Shown: one piece after another, positions 24,525 to 37,761 of the stretch
How positions within the stretch are numbered: position 1 is the first letter of the stretch
How the letters are laid out: every line of letters begins with the position of its first letter
Assembly: GCF_030684315.1 (NCBI RefSeq)
Contig: NC_081359.1
Span: 41,054,470-41,118,469 of the forward strand
From: Stegostoma tigrinum
Taxonomy: Eukaryota
Length of the DNA stretch: 64,000 nt
Direction: 5' to 3'
The notes under the pieces: model-generated
The model's database searches: none
What the model was told of the DNA's origin: nothing
What the model saw: only the letters and a program-made list of their open reading frames with translations
Program-made: the position numbers and the translations under genes

Positions 24525-24732
24525 GAGATAACAAGATTTAGAGCTGGATGAACACAGCAGGCCAAGCAACAAAGCTGATGTTGTGGGCTTAGACCCTTCT
24601 TCAGAAATTTAAGGGTCTAGGTCTGAAATGTCCGCTTTCCTGCTCCACTAATGCTGCTTGGCCAGCTGTGTTCATCCAGCTCTACACCTAGTTATCACAG
24701 ATTCTCCAGCATCAGCAGTTCCGACTATCTCT
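24525..24732. mobile_element. Fold-back Penelope pLTR element centred on the hammerhead core
   Basis: TAGACCCTTCTTCAGAAATTTAAGGGTCTAG centre with ~80-bp imperfect inverted arms; ends in ACTATCTCT. Confidence 0.85.
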
Positions 24733-25356
24733 GGGTCTATAGACACCTGTAGATGAGAATGAGGTGCATGGAGATATCAAACTAAAATGCCCCAGCACCA
24801 TTTTGTAAGTGTAATTATAGTACAAAATTAAATGCATTATTCAGAGAATGTCAAAATAGGAACAGTTGACCAAGTGCTTCAAAAACATGACAAGAAGAAA
24901 CAGGTAGGATGCAAACACACAGCTGTAACTGGTGTAAGATATCATGGATAACAGAATAAGAATATCCAGTGCTGTATATCTACCAAAAATGCCAGGTTGT
25001 CTATACTTAATGAGGCCATTCTGTTTTTATTATTTTTGCTTACAATGGCAAGAAAGTTAAATTAATGTTGCAACTAGCACTTGTGCATACAACAGTAAGT
25101 GTACTGCTTTCATTGTGTTGACATCACACGACTAAAACAGATATTCCACCAACATTTATGAATGTGGTCAACAACATGATAATGAATAGATTTTATTTGT
25201 CATGGTGATCAAGACATCAATATTAGCCTGCACGCCAGTATAAAGTCTCCTGCACTTCTGGGAAATAATTCCATAGGATTATTTGAAAAGGTAGACAGGG
25301 GCACAGTTTATTTGAAACAGTGTGTCACTGATAGTCTAATACTGAAACTCAACGTT

Positions 25357-25455
25357 CAGTTCGGAGGAAGGGTCATGAGACCTGAAAGGGCAACTGTTTT
25401 CTTCCTCACAGACGCTGCCAGACTTGAGCTTTTTCAGCATCTGCAGTTTTTTCAG
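25357..25455 (+). mobile_element. Short Penelope pLTR fragment, third family
   Basis: GTTCGGAGGAAGGGTCATGAGACCTGAAA...CACAGACGCTGCCAGAC, similar to 10990-11086. Confidence 0.7.
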
Positions 25456-27329
25456 TTCTCATTTTCATGCATTACCCCCAGTCCCAGGAGTGGAACTTGA
25501 ATGTGAAACCACGTGACTCAGTGCAGTATGCTACATATGGAGCTGATAGTGGAAGACACCACAGAAACAGATTATATTTTAAACAAGTACAAAAAAACGG
25601 CCAAACTGCAACTATTTACTTAAATCGCCCTGAATTCACCGTAGTTTTAAAAAATATTACTAGTTCTAAAATGCTCAGCCAAATACATGTGAATAGTTTT
25701 TGCTGCTTCCTCAATGGTAGCTTTAATATGTAAAGTGATTTAACAGTAAGTTTCCAAAATAGAAATCTTTCAGCTTCTTCCTGAGCTTCAATATACTCAT
25801 TATAATCTCAATTAGGCTTCCTGTTAAAAACCACCAACTCGAGAATACTCTGTCACAATTTAGCAAAAAAAAGGATCAACTGCAATTTCTGTTCCAAATC
25901 AAACATTAATACTCTCTTCAAGACTGTGATAAGCCTTCCTCTGACAGTCTCCTCTGTATTGCCTCATAGAATGAGCTATTCATGGTTGGGAGTTTATCTC
26001 CTACCCAATATTCAAACAACAGCCACACTTGTTTCCACTTGTTCTTGCCATATAGAGTTCTTTATATCTCAAACCAATTTTCTGCTCTTGTCCAGTCTTT
26101 TCACACCTGTAATTCGTGATATTCTCTATCACTAACAGTTTTGCATTTCCCAGTCCCAACTGTATGTATCACAATTGATGCCTTCTGTCTCTAACTTTGT
26201 CTCCACCAGGAAATTCTGACAACTGTTTCTTTGGGTGAAAATGCAATTAGTTCTCAACTATGTGAAACTGTTGACACATTGGAAAATTTCTCCATTCATG
26301 CAGTATTCTCCATTATTTCTGATCCCTGCAGCATTGATGGCACTAGCAAATCAGCTTCCTTTGCTTTATCTTTCAACATTCTCTATTCCACTGTTCCCCT
26401 TGTGGCAACTTGGTCTACTCCAAGTCACCCTTAAAAGCCCCCTTTGGTGGCACACCTTTCTATAGTCACAAACAGTTCAAATCATGTATATAGTCAAATG
26501 ATGTCCTGAAGCTTCCGACATGTTTTGCCTCATCACCTGCTCCATTTACTCTCCCATTACTCAAACCTTCCTCCAAAGCCATAACAGTAATTGGGCAGAT
26601 CAGTCCTTATGACACAGCATTCAATGTTGACTGTTCCACCCTGCCTTCCTATCTGCACTTTTTCCTCCAAATGATTACTTATGTATTCAAACAATTGGAT
26701 GCTCCTTTGATTTTCTCCCCATTTAGGAAAACTGAAGGTAAGTTATTGGAGCAAATTAATTTCCAGTAAACCAAGAAAATTCCAGGAGGATTAGCATAAT
26801 CAAGTTACTGTGCTTATGCTAGAATCTTGCAAAGCTTAAAACAGCAAAACAAACTATTTTAGAGCCAGCACTATAAAACAAGTCTATCATCTTTCCTTTG
26901 ATACATTTGTTTGACATCACTGTTTATGATTTTCCTTCCAAATCATTATAACTCAGATGAAGTCACATGTTTACCAAGAGCTCAACCTGATGATGTCAAG
27001 CATTCCCTGCACTGCCACAACCTAAATACTTTGTTCACAGGTCCCTCACTGTCAAGACAAACACCAGCTATGTCCCTTTCTCTTCATTCCCATTACCTCG
27101 GTTGTTGCAACTAATTTACAAGTTACTTAACTTCTGAAACCTCAGACAAAATAAATCAAGTCGAGACACTTTCTACTTGTGGTTGGTCTGGCCATTCACT
27201 TGGCATAATCTTGACCCTAACACTCACTTTATTTCATAGTTGCTATAACTCCCACATCATTGAAACATAACATCTATGATGTAGTTGTAAAAATATCATT
27301 ATTCACAGAAGTAACTGGTAACTTCTGTC

Positions 27330-27890
27330 ATAGCAGGGGGATTGAGCTTAAGAGTCGTGAGATCTTGTTGCAGCTCTATAAAACTTTGGTTAGACCGCAC
27401 TTGGGATACTGCATCCAGTTCTGGTCGCCCTATTATAGGAAAGATGTGGATGCTTTGGAGAGGGTTCAGAGGAGGTTTACCAGGATGCTGCCTGGACTGG
27501 AGGGCTTATCTTATGAAGAGAGGTTGACTGAGCTCGGACTTTTTTCATTGGAGAAAAGGAGGAGGAGAGGGAACCTAATTGAGGCATACAAGATAATGAG
27601 AGGCATAGATAGAGTTGATAGCCAGAGACTATTTCTCAGGGCAGAAATGGCTAACACGAGGGGTCATAGTTTTAAGCTGGTTGGAGGAAAGTATAGAGGG
27701 GATGTCAGAGGCAGGTTCTTTACAGAGTTGTGAGAGCATGGAATGCGTTGCAAGCAACAGTTGTGGAAGCAAGGTCACTGGGGTCATTTGAGAGACTGCT
27801 GGACATGTATATGGTCACCGAAATTTGAGGGTGCATACATGAGGATCAATGGTCAGCACAACATCATGGGCTGAAGGGCCTGTTCTATGT
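27330..27890 (+). mobile_element. Relatively young CR1-type LINE 3' fragment (RT C-terminus open for ~130 codons)
   Basis: ORF 27260-27733 LQLYKTLVRPHLGYCIQFWSPYYRKDVDALERVQRRFTRMLPGL...TRGHSFKL. Confidence 0.93.
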
Positions 27891-28315
27891 TGGAAAGCCA
27901 TTCATGACAGTCATTCACTGAGTTTTGACCATTTCCCAAAGATGCATTTCTGTTTTCATTCATGTAAGTTTGCAATTGACCATCTCTATAGGCCACTCCA
28001 TCAGCTCTGAGCTTATTTGAATGTGTATTATTAGACAATTAGGTTAAATAATGAATTTTAGTATTCAACATGATTGGAAAAGCAGCCACAGGAATGATAA
28101 TTCTTTTAACTTTACGATGGAAACCAAGAAGTGTTACACAAGTCAGGAAACATTTAAAAGCAACCTACATGAGATGGATTAATTTGTGACTGTCCATTTT
28201 TTAAACCCCCATAAACGTGATCTATAGTGCTTCATTAGTAGCCAGCCTTGTACACATGAATGTCATGAAAACAACATGCCTCTTATAACTGCAAATGCTT
28301 TCCCATAGCTCTTTA

Positions 28316-28626
28316 TGATAGTGGCTCAGTGGTTAGCACTGCAGCCTCTCAGCACCAGGACCCAGGTTCGATTCCAGGCTCAGCAACTGTGTGTGGAGTT
28401 TGCACATTCTCCCAGTGTCTGCGTGGGTTCTCTCCGGGTGCTCCGGTTTCCTCCCACAGTCCAAAAGATGTGCAGATTTGGTGGATTGCCCATGCTAAAT
28501 TGCCCAGAGTGTTCAGGGGTGTGTGGGTCATAAGGGGATAAGCCTGGGTGGGAAGCCGCATGGGGCAGTGTGGACTTGTTGGGCCGAAGGGCCTGTTCCC
28601 ACACTGTACGGAGTCTAATCCAATCT
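28316..28626 (+). mobile_element. HE1-like tRNA-derived SINE, near full length
   Basis: GTGGCTCAGTGG A box, GGTTCGATTCC B box, TCTAATCCAATCT tail. Confidence 0.92.
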
Positions 28627-29129
28627 TCCTCGTTATTTGTAACTGCATGCACACTATGGCTAATATGTCTGACAGAATTAGAACAAGGAAACATTTGTTC
28701 TACAATAAACAGTGATTAAGCTTGCATTCTAAAAACTAGTTATTGCAATACATCCTACAATGAAAATAATTTCAAGTGTAGACACTCAATGTCTTCTTCA
28801 AAAGACATAACAGAAAAACATTAGAATAAAGCATGTGAATTATTAATATATAATAGACGTGATATCACCTATAAATCAAAGCATTAGTGAAAAATCTGTA
28901 GAAGAGACATTTAACAAATCATTAAGCTGGTGTTGGTGAATAACTTCTCATTCTATTTTTCTGCATTATGCTGCCATCTCCCTGCAAAAAAAAAATGAAC
29001 ATTTTAAAACAAATCAGATTGAGTATTTTAAAGCAATGACCTATTCAATATGCATTTCAAGAACAACCTACATTTAGAATACTAAACATCGCAAGGTGTT
29101 TTACAGAAACCTAGTCGGCTAGAAATGAA

Positions 29130-29920
29130 CATGATCCACTTTTGGACTACTCTGTACGGCTCTAGTCACCGTCCCATAAACTGGACAGGGTTCAGAAAAG
29201 ATTTACTATTTTGTTGCTAAGATTGGAGGGTTTGAGTGAGAAGGATTGGCTGGGGCATTTTGCCTCTGAAGTGTAAAAGGTTGAAAGGGGGAACTTGAGG
29301 TTTATAAAAATCATGAGATATATGGATAAGGTGATATAGGGACATATTTTAAAAGGTGAGAAAGGTTTAAAATGGGAACGGAGGAGCAACTTGTTCAGAG
29401 GGTGGCTTGTTTGTGAACTGAATGGCTGAAGAACATGTTGATGAGGTAAAAGTTACAGCATTTAAGAAATATTTGGATAGGTAATGAATGGGAAAGGTTG
29501 AGGGGGATATGGGCCAAATGCAGGCAAGTGGGGCTAGTTTAAGATTAGATTCCCTCCAGTGTGGAAACAGGCCCTTCGGCCCAACAAGTCCACACTGCCC
29601 CTTGATATACCCCACCCAGACCCATCCTTCGATAACCCTCACACCCCTGAATACTACAGGCAATTTAGCATGGCCAATCCACCAAATCTGCACATTTTTG
29701 AACAGTGGGAGGAAACTGGAGCACCCGGGAGGGAACCCACACGGACACGGGGAGAATGTGCAAACTCCACACAAGCAGTTGCCCAAGGGTGGATTTGAAC
29801 CCAGGTCCCTGGCGCCGAGACTGCAGTGCTAACCACTGAGCCACTTGGGAAACTGTTTGCATGAGCTCATTGGAACAAAGGGATTCTTTATTTCTTTCTT
29901 TCCTGCATGACTCTATGATC
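29130..29920 (+). mobile_element. CR1-type LINE 3' fragment interrupted by a SINE
   Basis: Degenerate RT C-terminal codons; 3' UTR resumes after 29845 and ends in GACTCTATGA. Confidence 0.75.
29541..29845 (-). mobile_element. HE1-like SINE nested in a CR1 3' UTR
   Basis: Reverse complement of the 28316 family; AGATTAGATT tail at the left end. Confidence 0.92.
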
Positions 29921-30231
29921 TAATGAAGGTGGTATGAGGACAATAGACCTAAAGCAGGATCTTATTGTGCACTGAAGAGTTACTTGTTGAGTTGAGTGTT
30001 TTTCTCTGCCAGGTTTAATAGGTTTTCTTACACCTTCATTAAGTGCCTATTCCATTCTAATGGCACCCCACTCATCCACTGCGAGCTAGATTTTAACCAC
30101 TCACCTTGCTTCATGGCAATGAGGGGCATGACCTCCACTCTGCTGCTTGATCTGATGACCAACACTTTGGTTTTGCTGACAAAGGAGGGAAAGGCAGAAA
30201 CCAGAAGAACTGTGACGGCTGTACATCAGAT

Positions 30232-30530
30232 GAAAATAGAAATTGCAGATGAGCTCAGCAGCATCTGTGGACAGAAATCAAAAGTAAATGTTTTGGGTCA
30301 AGTGACCTTTGGTAAGAGCTAAGGGTAGTTAGCAAAATTGGCAGCACAGTAGCTCAGAGGTTAGCATTGCTGCCTCACAGCACCAGTAACCCATTCAATT
30401 CTGGCCTCAGGCGACTGTCTGTGGTGACTTTCCCAGATGTTTGAGTGGGTTTCCTCTGGGTGGTCCAGTTTCTTCCCACACAGTACAAAAGGTGTGCAAG
30501 CTAGGATTGGCCATTCTAAGTTTCCCAATC
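30232..30530. mobile_element. Penelope pLTR fragment (30232-30320, -) followed by a partial HE1-like SINE (30340-30527, +)
   Basis: CAGCATCTGTGGACAGAAATC...GGGTCAAGTGACCTTT; then GGCAGCACAGTAGCTCAGAGGTTAGC. Confidence 0.7.
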
Positions 30531-30914
30531 AAATAACTGCAGCCATCCCTCTGGCCTGAAGAAAATGAGTTAAGAGAAGGGCTACTCAGCAAGAGACTGC
30601 TTTTCCACTATGCCACTCTCCTGCTGTTGACACCTACTACAATGTCATCAGCAAAACTGGAACAAGAATGAATTTTGCCACTTCATACACTTGTGGCTTT
30701 GTGGTTAACACTGCCACCTCACTATCAGGGACCCAGGTTTGACTCCAACATCAGATGACTGTGGGGAAAATTTGCAATCTTCACATCTGCATGTTCCTCC
30801 ACTTTCCTTCCACTGTCCAAAAGATGTGCCATGAGATATGCAGGGGGGTGGGTGAGTGAGTGGGATGCTCTTTTGAGGGTCACTGAACTTGATGGGCCAA
30901 ATGTAGGGGTTCCT

Positions 30915-31330
30915 TGATACTGAGTATAGGAGGGGGCTGTGTGCGGAACATCACAGGCACGAGTTTTAAAGGGTTATCATGGAGGCGGTGTTGTTGCCAC
31001 TCCTTACTGACTGCAGTGTGGGTCAGGAAGTCAAGGATCCAGGTGCAGACAAGAGAGCAGGGTCCTAGATCCTAGTTTGGAGAGATAGGTTTGGTTGAAA
31101 TTGTGCTGAAGGTACTAGACTATAAACAGAAATATGATGTAAGCATCCTTGCTGTTACCTAGAGATTCCAGGGATAAGTGTAAGGGCAGGGAGATGGCAC
31201 CTGCTGTGGACCTATGACAATGGAAAGAAAACTGTAGTGAATTCAGACAATCTGGGAGGTTGGTGTTAATGTATACCATTACTAAAAACTATCATGATAG
31301 GTGTCAGGGCCACCTGGCACACTGCTGAAA
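30915..31330 (-). mobile_element. Decayed Rex1/Babar-like LINE fragment
   Basis: Degenerate RT-domain-like codons; no intact frame. Confidence 0.45.
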
Positions 31331-31602
31331 AGAAAATCAAGCACCAGGCAGAAAATTCTTATTGAAGCAGTTAGGAACAGCATGGTTACAGATGTTATAT
31401 ACTCCCACTAGTTTATATGTACAGGATCTGAGAACACAGCTGGGCTCCATCTAGGCAAATTGCTTTCCATGGGTCCATTTTGAAGGTGGCCAATCTGATG
31501 TCTGCAGCAGTGATTGCAGGTACAGATGCACCAAGGCTGTTCAGACAAGTGACAATTCACTGATCTTTAGTTCAAAACATACTATGCATCAAAAAAAAAA
31601 CC

Positions 31603-32520
31603 ATGGAGAGAGGCTGGATGAACACAGCAGGCCAAGCAGCAGGAAAGCTTGACATTTCAGGTCGGGACCCTTCTTCAGAAGTGGGGGTGGGGGAAGAAGG
31701 GGATTCTGAAATAAATAGGGAGACATGGGGGATATAAAAGATGGATAAAGGTGGAGAGGGTGAGAGGAGACAGACGACAGTTCAAAACAGGCAGGGTTAG
31801 AGCCAGTGAAGGTGAACATTAGTGGGGAGTTTTTTTTTTGGGGGGGGGGGGAAAGAGAAGAAGGGAGAAAAAAATAGGTCAGTCCAGGGTGGTGGTGGTG
31901 GCGGCTGGGATGAGGTTTGGGTAGGGGACGGAGGTAGGAGGAATGGTTAGGGAGGCAGGCCTAGCTGGGCTGGTTTTGGCATGTGGTCAGGGGAGGGGAA
32001 ATTTGGAAGCTTGAGGTCCACATCAATACCCTTGGGCTGCACAGTTCCCAAGTGAAATATGAGGTGTTGTTCCTGCATCTTTCAGGTGGTGTCACTGTGG
32101 CAATGCAGGAGGCGTGGGAGAAGTGAAATGGTTTGCAACTGGTGAGGTGTAGTTGTTTGTTGTGAATAGAGCATAGTAGTCCACAACGCAGTCCAAGCCT
32201 CCATTTGGTTTCCCTGACAGAGGAGGCCACAACGGGAACAGCGGATGCAATACATAACATTGCCAGATGCGCAGGTGAACATTTGCTTGATGCGAAAAAT
32301 CTTCCTAGGGCCTGGGATCGGTGAGGTAAAGGGGCAGATGCAGCACTTCCTGGGGTTGCAGGGAAAAGTGCCGGGGGTGGTGGGGCTGGAAGGGAGTGTG
32401 GAGTGGACAAGGGAGTCACAGAGAGAGTGGTCCCTCCAGAAAGCACATGGTGGGGAGGGGAAAAAATACCTTTGATAGTGCGGTTGGACTACAGATGGCA
32501 GAAAATGTCAGAGGATGATG
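31603..32520 (-). mobile_element. Penelope-like element 3' part: GIY-YIG endonuclease relic, 3' UTR and hammerhead-bearing pLTR
   Basis: FTCASGNVMYCIRCSRCGLL and ETKWRLG motifs (ORFs 32082-32282, 31961-32446); CTGAAGAAGGGTCCCGACCTGAAATGTC on the minus strand at ~31651-31678. Confidence 0.92.
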
Positions 32521-34149
32521 CTCAAACCTCATTGCACAGGAATACATTGAGATTCTCCTTGATTTCAGATTGTAGCTTGCTACATCCTGTTTAGCCTTGC
32601 CCTAGCCACCATGTTTTTGTCTCTCTTCAGCCATCAAGGCGGCAAAAGGTGATACCTAAATTTCCTTGATATTTTTGCATCACCCAATTTGAACGCCTCA
32701 AAAATCTGGACTTCATAAGGGAATGGATCTCCCAATTTACCCATGGTTTCTAACTGGGGAAACACCCAGATTACTGCCAGTGCCTGGATAATAGCAGGTA
32801 CCTCCATGGACTTCATTAAAGAACTACTCCCCTAAGACTTTCACAGTATGGTGTTTGCAACAAACAGCTGGAACATTGTTGAGAGAGAGACTGATGTAGC
32901 ACACTGCCATGCAGAAACATCTGCTCCTTTGGCTGAGGGCTGCTGACCAGCAAGAGAAGCTGACTGGTTTTCTGACTGTGCTAGTGGGCACAGCAAGACA
33001 GGGGTGCTATGCACATACATGTGGAAGTAAGCAAAACCTAAGCAAACAGTAAACAAGCAGACAGGTGTAACCTGGTCCAATTGGAGTGAGAAGAGATCTT
33101 GTGGCAGCTTTTAAAGGCAGTTTTCAGTTCATTTTAAAATACAGGTCTTCCCATCCTTAGCAGGCTACACCAAATTGAAAAGTCACCAGGAAAACTTGCA
33201 AAGTTTTCCTGGTTAATGAACAAATACCAATGTCCATGGAGGAAGGTGCATGTGGCAAGTGCCTATGGACTGTGCCCTGTGATGCTGTTTTGTGGTGACA
33301 AACAAGGCTGTTGTTAAAACCAGTAACAAGCTTAAGTTGTCAGGTATCCAGTTTGACTTCCAGGTCAAGGATTTTTGACCTTTGGTTGTTTGCTCACTGC
33401 AGATGGTAGCTTAGAAAGCAGCATATTAAATGAAGTCAGATTTGCTGTAAATAAAAGCAATAATGCCTCTTAAATAGCAACTCACCTGGTGCCTATGAGA
33501 ATGTCACCTTAGTTCTAGCACTAAGGTGACAAAGATGCAGGAGATTGTTGCTAACAGTGAGGTAAGCCTCGAACTTTGTCATTATCCTACCAAATTTCTG
33601 TATCTATAGTACAGACGACATCTCTCCCCACCTCAAGCCTCTTTTTCAAAAACTAAAACCCTTAAAGTTTCTGTTAAGCTGCTAGCATGACTACTCCATT
33701 GCTGTCTACTACACCACCCTCCACATGCATGATCTTATCGAGAACAGTTACTTTTCTCCTAATCCCCAAATGTTCAGTTCACCCATTACCTCTGTTCATT
33801 AGCATGTTAGCTCTTCAACCACCATCTAGTTATCCCACCATGATCTTTGTCCTCCTTCTCTAGTCTAGAATAATCCCTAGAGCAACTGTTCTTCTCATGC
33901 TGGACTCTTGTGCATCCCCCACTTCCTTTTCCCTACCACCTATGATCCATACGTAAGTTACGGGCCCTGTTGCAGGAAAACAATGCATAAGCTTCCAACT
34001 CGCTGGGCAGAATCTTATAGGGGGCTCTAACTATGAACTATGGTGAGAAATCTGGGGTCAGAGCAAAAGTGCTCTTACAGGCATTCAGCACAGAAACTGA
34101 TCTTTCAGTCAAACTTGTCAGTCTATGCTGCACGTTTTTCATTCAACAG

Positions 34150-34815
34150 AATCCCTACAGTGGGAAATAGGCCCTTCAGCCCAACACATCCACACCAATC
34201 CTGGGAGCATCCCACCCAGGCCCATCCCCCTATAAATCACTTATCCTGCACATCCTTCAACATTACAGAAAATTTATCATGGCCCAATCCACCTAGCCTG
34301 CACATCTTTTGGACTGTGGGAGGAAACCAGAGTACCCAGAGGGAACCAATGCAAGTTCCACAGTCAACGAAGGCTGAAACTGAACCCAGGTCTCTGGCCC
34401 TGAGGCAGCAGCACTAACCACTGCACAGCCATGCTGCCCAAGGCCTACCTGTCCACATGCACGCACCCATACCCACACAAGTTTTATGCACATCCACAGG
34501 GAATTGTAAACCATCTGTATAGAGAATTTGCTCATGTCTTTAAAATTCTCTCCTCTCACCTCAAATTTGCCCCCAGTCTTGAAAGTTCCCATCCTCGGGA
34601 AAAGACAACTACCATTAACTCAATCTATACCTCATTTTATAAACCTCTTTATGACTGCTTCTCAACGTCCTATGCTACAGTAAAAGATTCCAGCTCATCA
34701 AGCTCTTTAGAACTCAAACCTTCCATACCCAGCAACATCCTCATTAATCTCTTCTGAACGCTCTCCATTTTAACATCCTTCTTATAACCGGGTGATGAGA
34801 ACTGAACAGTATCCC
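34150..34815 (-). mobile_element. HE1-like SINE (34150-34440) abutting a CR1 3' fragment (34445-34815)
   Basis: SINE body and head motifs; VQFSSPGYKKDVKMESVQKRLMRML from ORF 34670-34903. Confidence 0.82.
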
Positions 34816-37049
34816 AGAAGAGATGCATTGAATAATCTGTTTCAGACTGAGACAGAGACAGTGACCAAGGAAATGGATTGGGTTGGCATATGAGTAAGTC
34901 CACTTTCTCGGTTAGGTACAGGAGGAACTAGACCTTTTTGAACCTGCTGCACCACTCACCCACATGGTGATATGAATGCAGTCTCAGCTCCACCTTTTCC
35001 ATTTACACCCCATAGCTCATGGTTCTCAAAAATCTGATCAAGCCCTGAAAAATATTTAATGACCCAGCCTTCACTAACTGCTGGGGAAAGAAAATTCTAC
35101 ATTTCAATGACCTCAGAAAAATTGTCATAACTCTTTGCCTTAAAAAGGCAACCACTTAAGTTATGTCCCCTCGTCCGATATTGCCCACAGGAGGCAACAT
35201 CCTCTGAATATCCATCTTATTCAGTTGCCTCAACATCTTGTATTTCAGTAAGATGACATCTCAGTCTACTAAACTTCAATTTCTACAGATGTAACGTTCA
35301 TTTTTTTCATAAAGTAAGCCCTTTATAAACAGGAATAAGCCAACTGATCTTTCTCCAAACTACTAACAGTTATCTTTTATCAACTAGAGATCAAAACTAG
35401 ATGAAGTATTCCAAATGGTTTCATGAATATCTGCTGCACCAAAAACTAACTTTTTTCAAATCCCCTTGCAATAAATAGCTGTCTTCTAATCACAAGCTGT
35501 AGCTGCATACAAAACGTACAAGAATACCCAGATCCCTCTATCACTGTTCTACAAATTGCTCAATTTGCATGGTATGTTCTTTTCTATTTTTCCTGCCCAA
35601 AAAAATAAACAACCATTCACATTTGCACACATTACACTCCATTAATTTTTAGCAGACATTTAACCAGTCTATATAATCTTTGCATTCTCTATACATCCTC
35701 TTGACAATTTATTTTGTTACCTACCTTTCGCTTAACTGCCTTCTGGGCACTGTCCACCCTTAATTGCCCTCATCCTGTGAAGAATTTAATAATAAGTAAT
35801 TGAGATCCCAGAACTGGTCTGTTTGGCGTTGAATTAGTTACAGGTTGCCAACCTGAGGAAAATACAAATACCCATTAAGCAATCCCTTATTGTGCTAACT
35901 GGTTCCCTTTAGGTCACATGGTCTTGCATCGTGCAGCAACCTTTATGGCATTGTTTTCAGCCGTCAGTTATCAGTACATTGAGATGCTAGTTTGGGGTAT
36001 CGCAGCCTATGGGATGTTGGCACATCTATGGTCCAAGGTGCCTTCTTCCTAATCATTAAGTAAGGCCCTTCAACTCCATGCATAGTGCAATGCTACATTT
36101 ATACCTGCACACAGTGGTTATTAAATATAGTTCTCTCAAACACCATCTTGGGCCACTCTTTGCATGCTCATTTGACACCGGTGCCCTCGACTGATTAGAA
36201 CCATGTGCAAGTACACACCATGGACCTCTTCACACCAAGTCTGTTCCAAATTTTTCTTGATCAATGGTTATTCTAACAAATTACTTCTATTTAAGTCACA
36301 ATCTATGTAATCATTAACAATATGAATACCAGTATTACAATAACCACTCATTACCACTGTCAGCATCTACCACCTAAAGTCTGATTCTCCCCAAGTTGAG
36401 ACAATCTGGAAATTCTGACTACATGTTGCAACCTGGCTCTATAGGTGTTCAACATTAGAGTGGGGGTGTTGTGGTATATCTGGAATAGCTGTACCACTCC
36501 ATAGTGTCTGATGTAGTAGACTGATGGTTATCCCATATTCTGTGATAAACATGTAGTCTTACATCCAGGCTAGATTAAGATCAGTACCTTCCTATTCAAC
36601 CCAAATACCTGTTCAGGTGTTCTGGCAGTGCAAGTTGCCAATTGATTCATTTCTCTGAAGACTATGGCTTGGCTTCCTATCCCTGGCATTAACACTGATG
36701 GGGTTTTTGCTTTGTGCTGCAAGTTACACCCTTTCTGCTGTCTTGTCTAGTGGCTTTACTGTAGTTGTAAATTCAAAAATGAGAAAAATCGCTCTTCCCT
36801 GCAGTGGTGTTCTAAAAGTAGAATCTGTTTTTCACCTCCTTAGGTCAGCATTTCAGCTGAAACCATTATTCAATGATGTTGCTCTGTGATGGAGTTGACT
36901 CGATTTCCAATATTCCGTCTAATCTAGCGGCTTCACTATCTATCCAACTTTGAATGAGAGTGGAGCAAAGAACTTGGTTGATGCCTGCTTCTGAAAAGTG
37001 AACACACAAACTCATGATTAATGAAAGACCAATTTACAATTCCGCTGCA

Positions 37050-37761
37050 GGTGGAGAGTTAGGGAGGGGATAGGTCAGTCCAGTGAGGACTGACAGGTCA
37101 AGGGGGCAGGATGAGGTTAGCAGGTAGGAAATAGGGGTGGGTGGACAGGTTAGGGAGGCGGGGAGATTTTGAAGCTTGTGGTCTACTGCAGGGTTCCTAA
37201 ACAGTATGAGATGCTGTTCCTGCAACCTTCAGGTGGCATCGTTGTGGCACTGCAGGAGGCCCAGGATGGATGTCTTGAGGAATGAGACAGGGAGTCCACA
37301 TTAATGTGAACTTCACAAGCTTCAAAATCTCCCCTCCCTCCTACCACATCCCAGAACTAGCCCAGCTCACCCCCCACCTCCCTAGCCTGTCCTTCCTCCC
37401 ACCTAATCTCATCCCACCCCCTTGACCAACTTACCGCTCCACCTGCATAACAAAGTGTGGAGCGAATGAACACAGCAGGCCAAGCACCATCTTAGGAGTA
37501 CAAAAGCTGATGTTTCAGGTCTGGACCCACCTGCACTCACTTCTACTGGTTCCATCCCTGCCTCTTTGGCCTGTCTCCTCATCACCTCCCCCTATTCATT
37601 TCACAACCCCCTTCTTCCCCACGCCTCCCCCACCCACTTCTGAAAGAGGATCTAGACCCGAAAGGTCCACTTTCCTGCTGCTGCTTGGCCTGCAGTGTTC
37701 ATCTAGCTCTACACCTTGCTTTTAGCTCAGATTCTCCAGCATCTGCAGTTCCTACTATCTC
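37050..37761. mobile_element. Penelope fragments in inverted arrangement with a nested short pLTR insertion (37448-37526)
   Basis: 37050-37290 matches 31790-32120; 37300-37761 is the opposite orientation and ends in ACTATCTC; nested piece flanked by CCACCTGCA (37439-37447, 37527-37535). Confidence 0.8.

Noticed and set aside
28316-28400. tRNA genes at SINE heads
   Set aside because: A and B boxes continue into a SINE body and tail; no complete cloverleaf.
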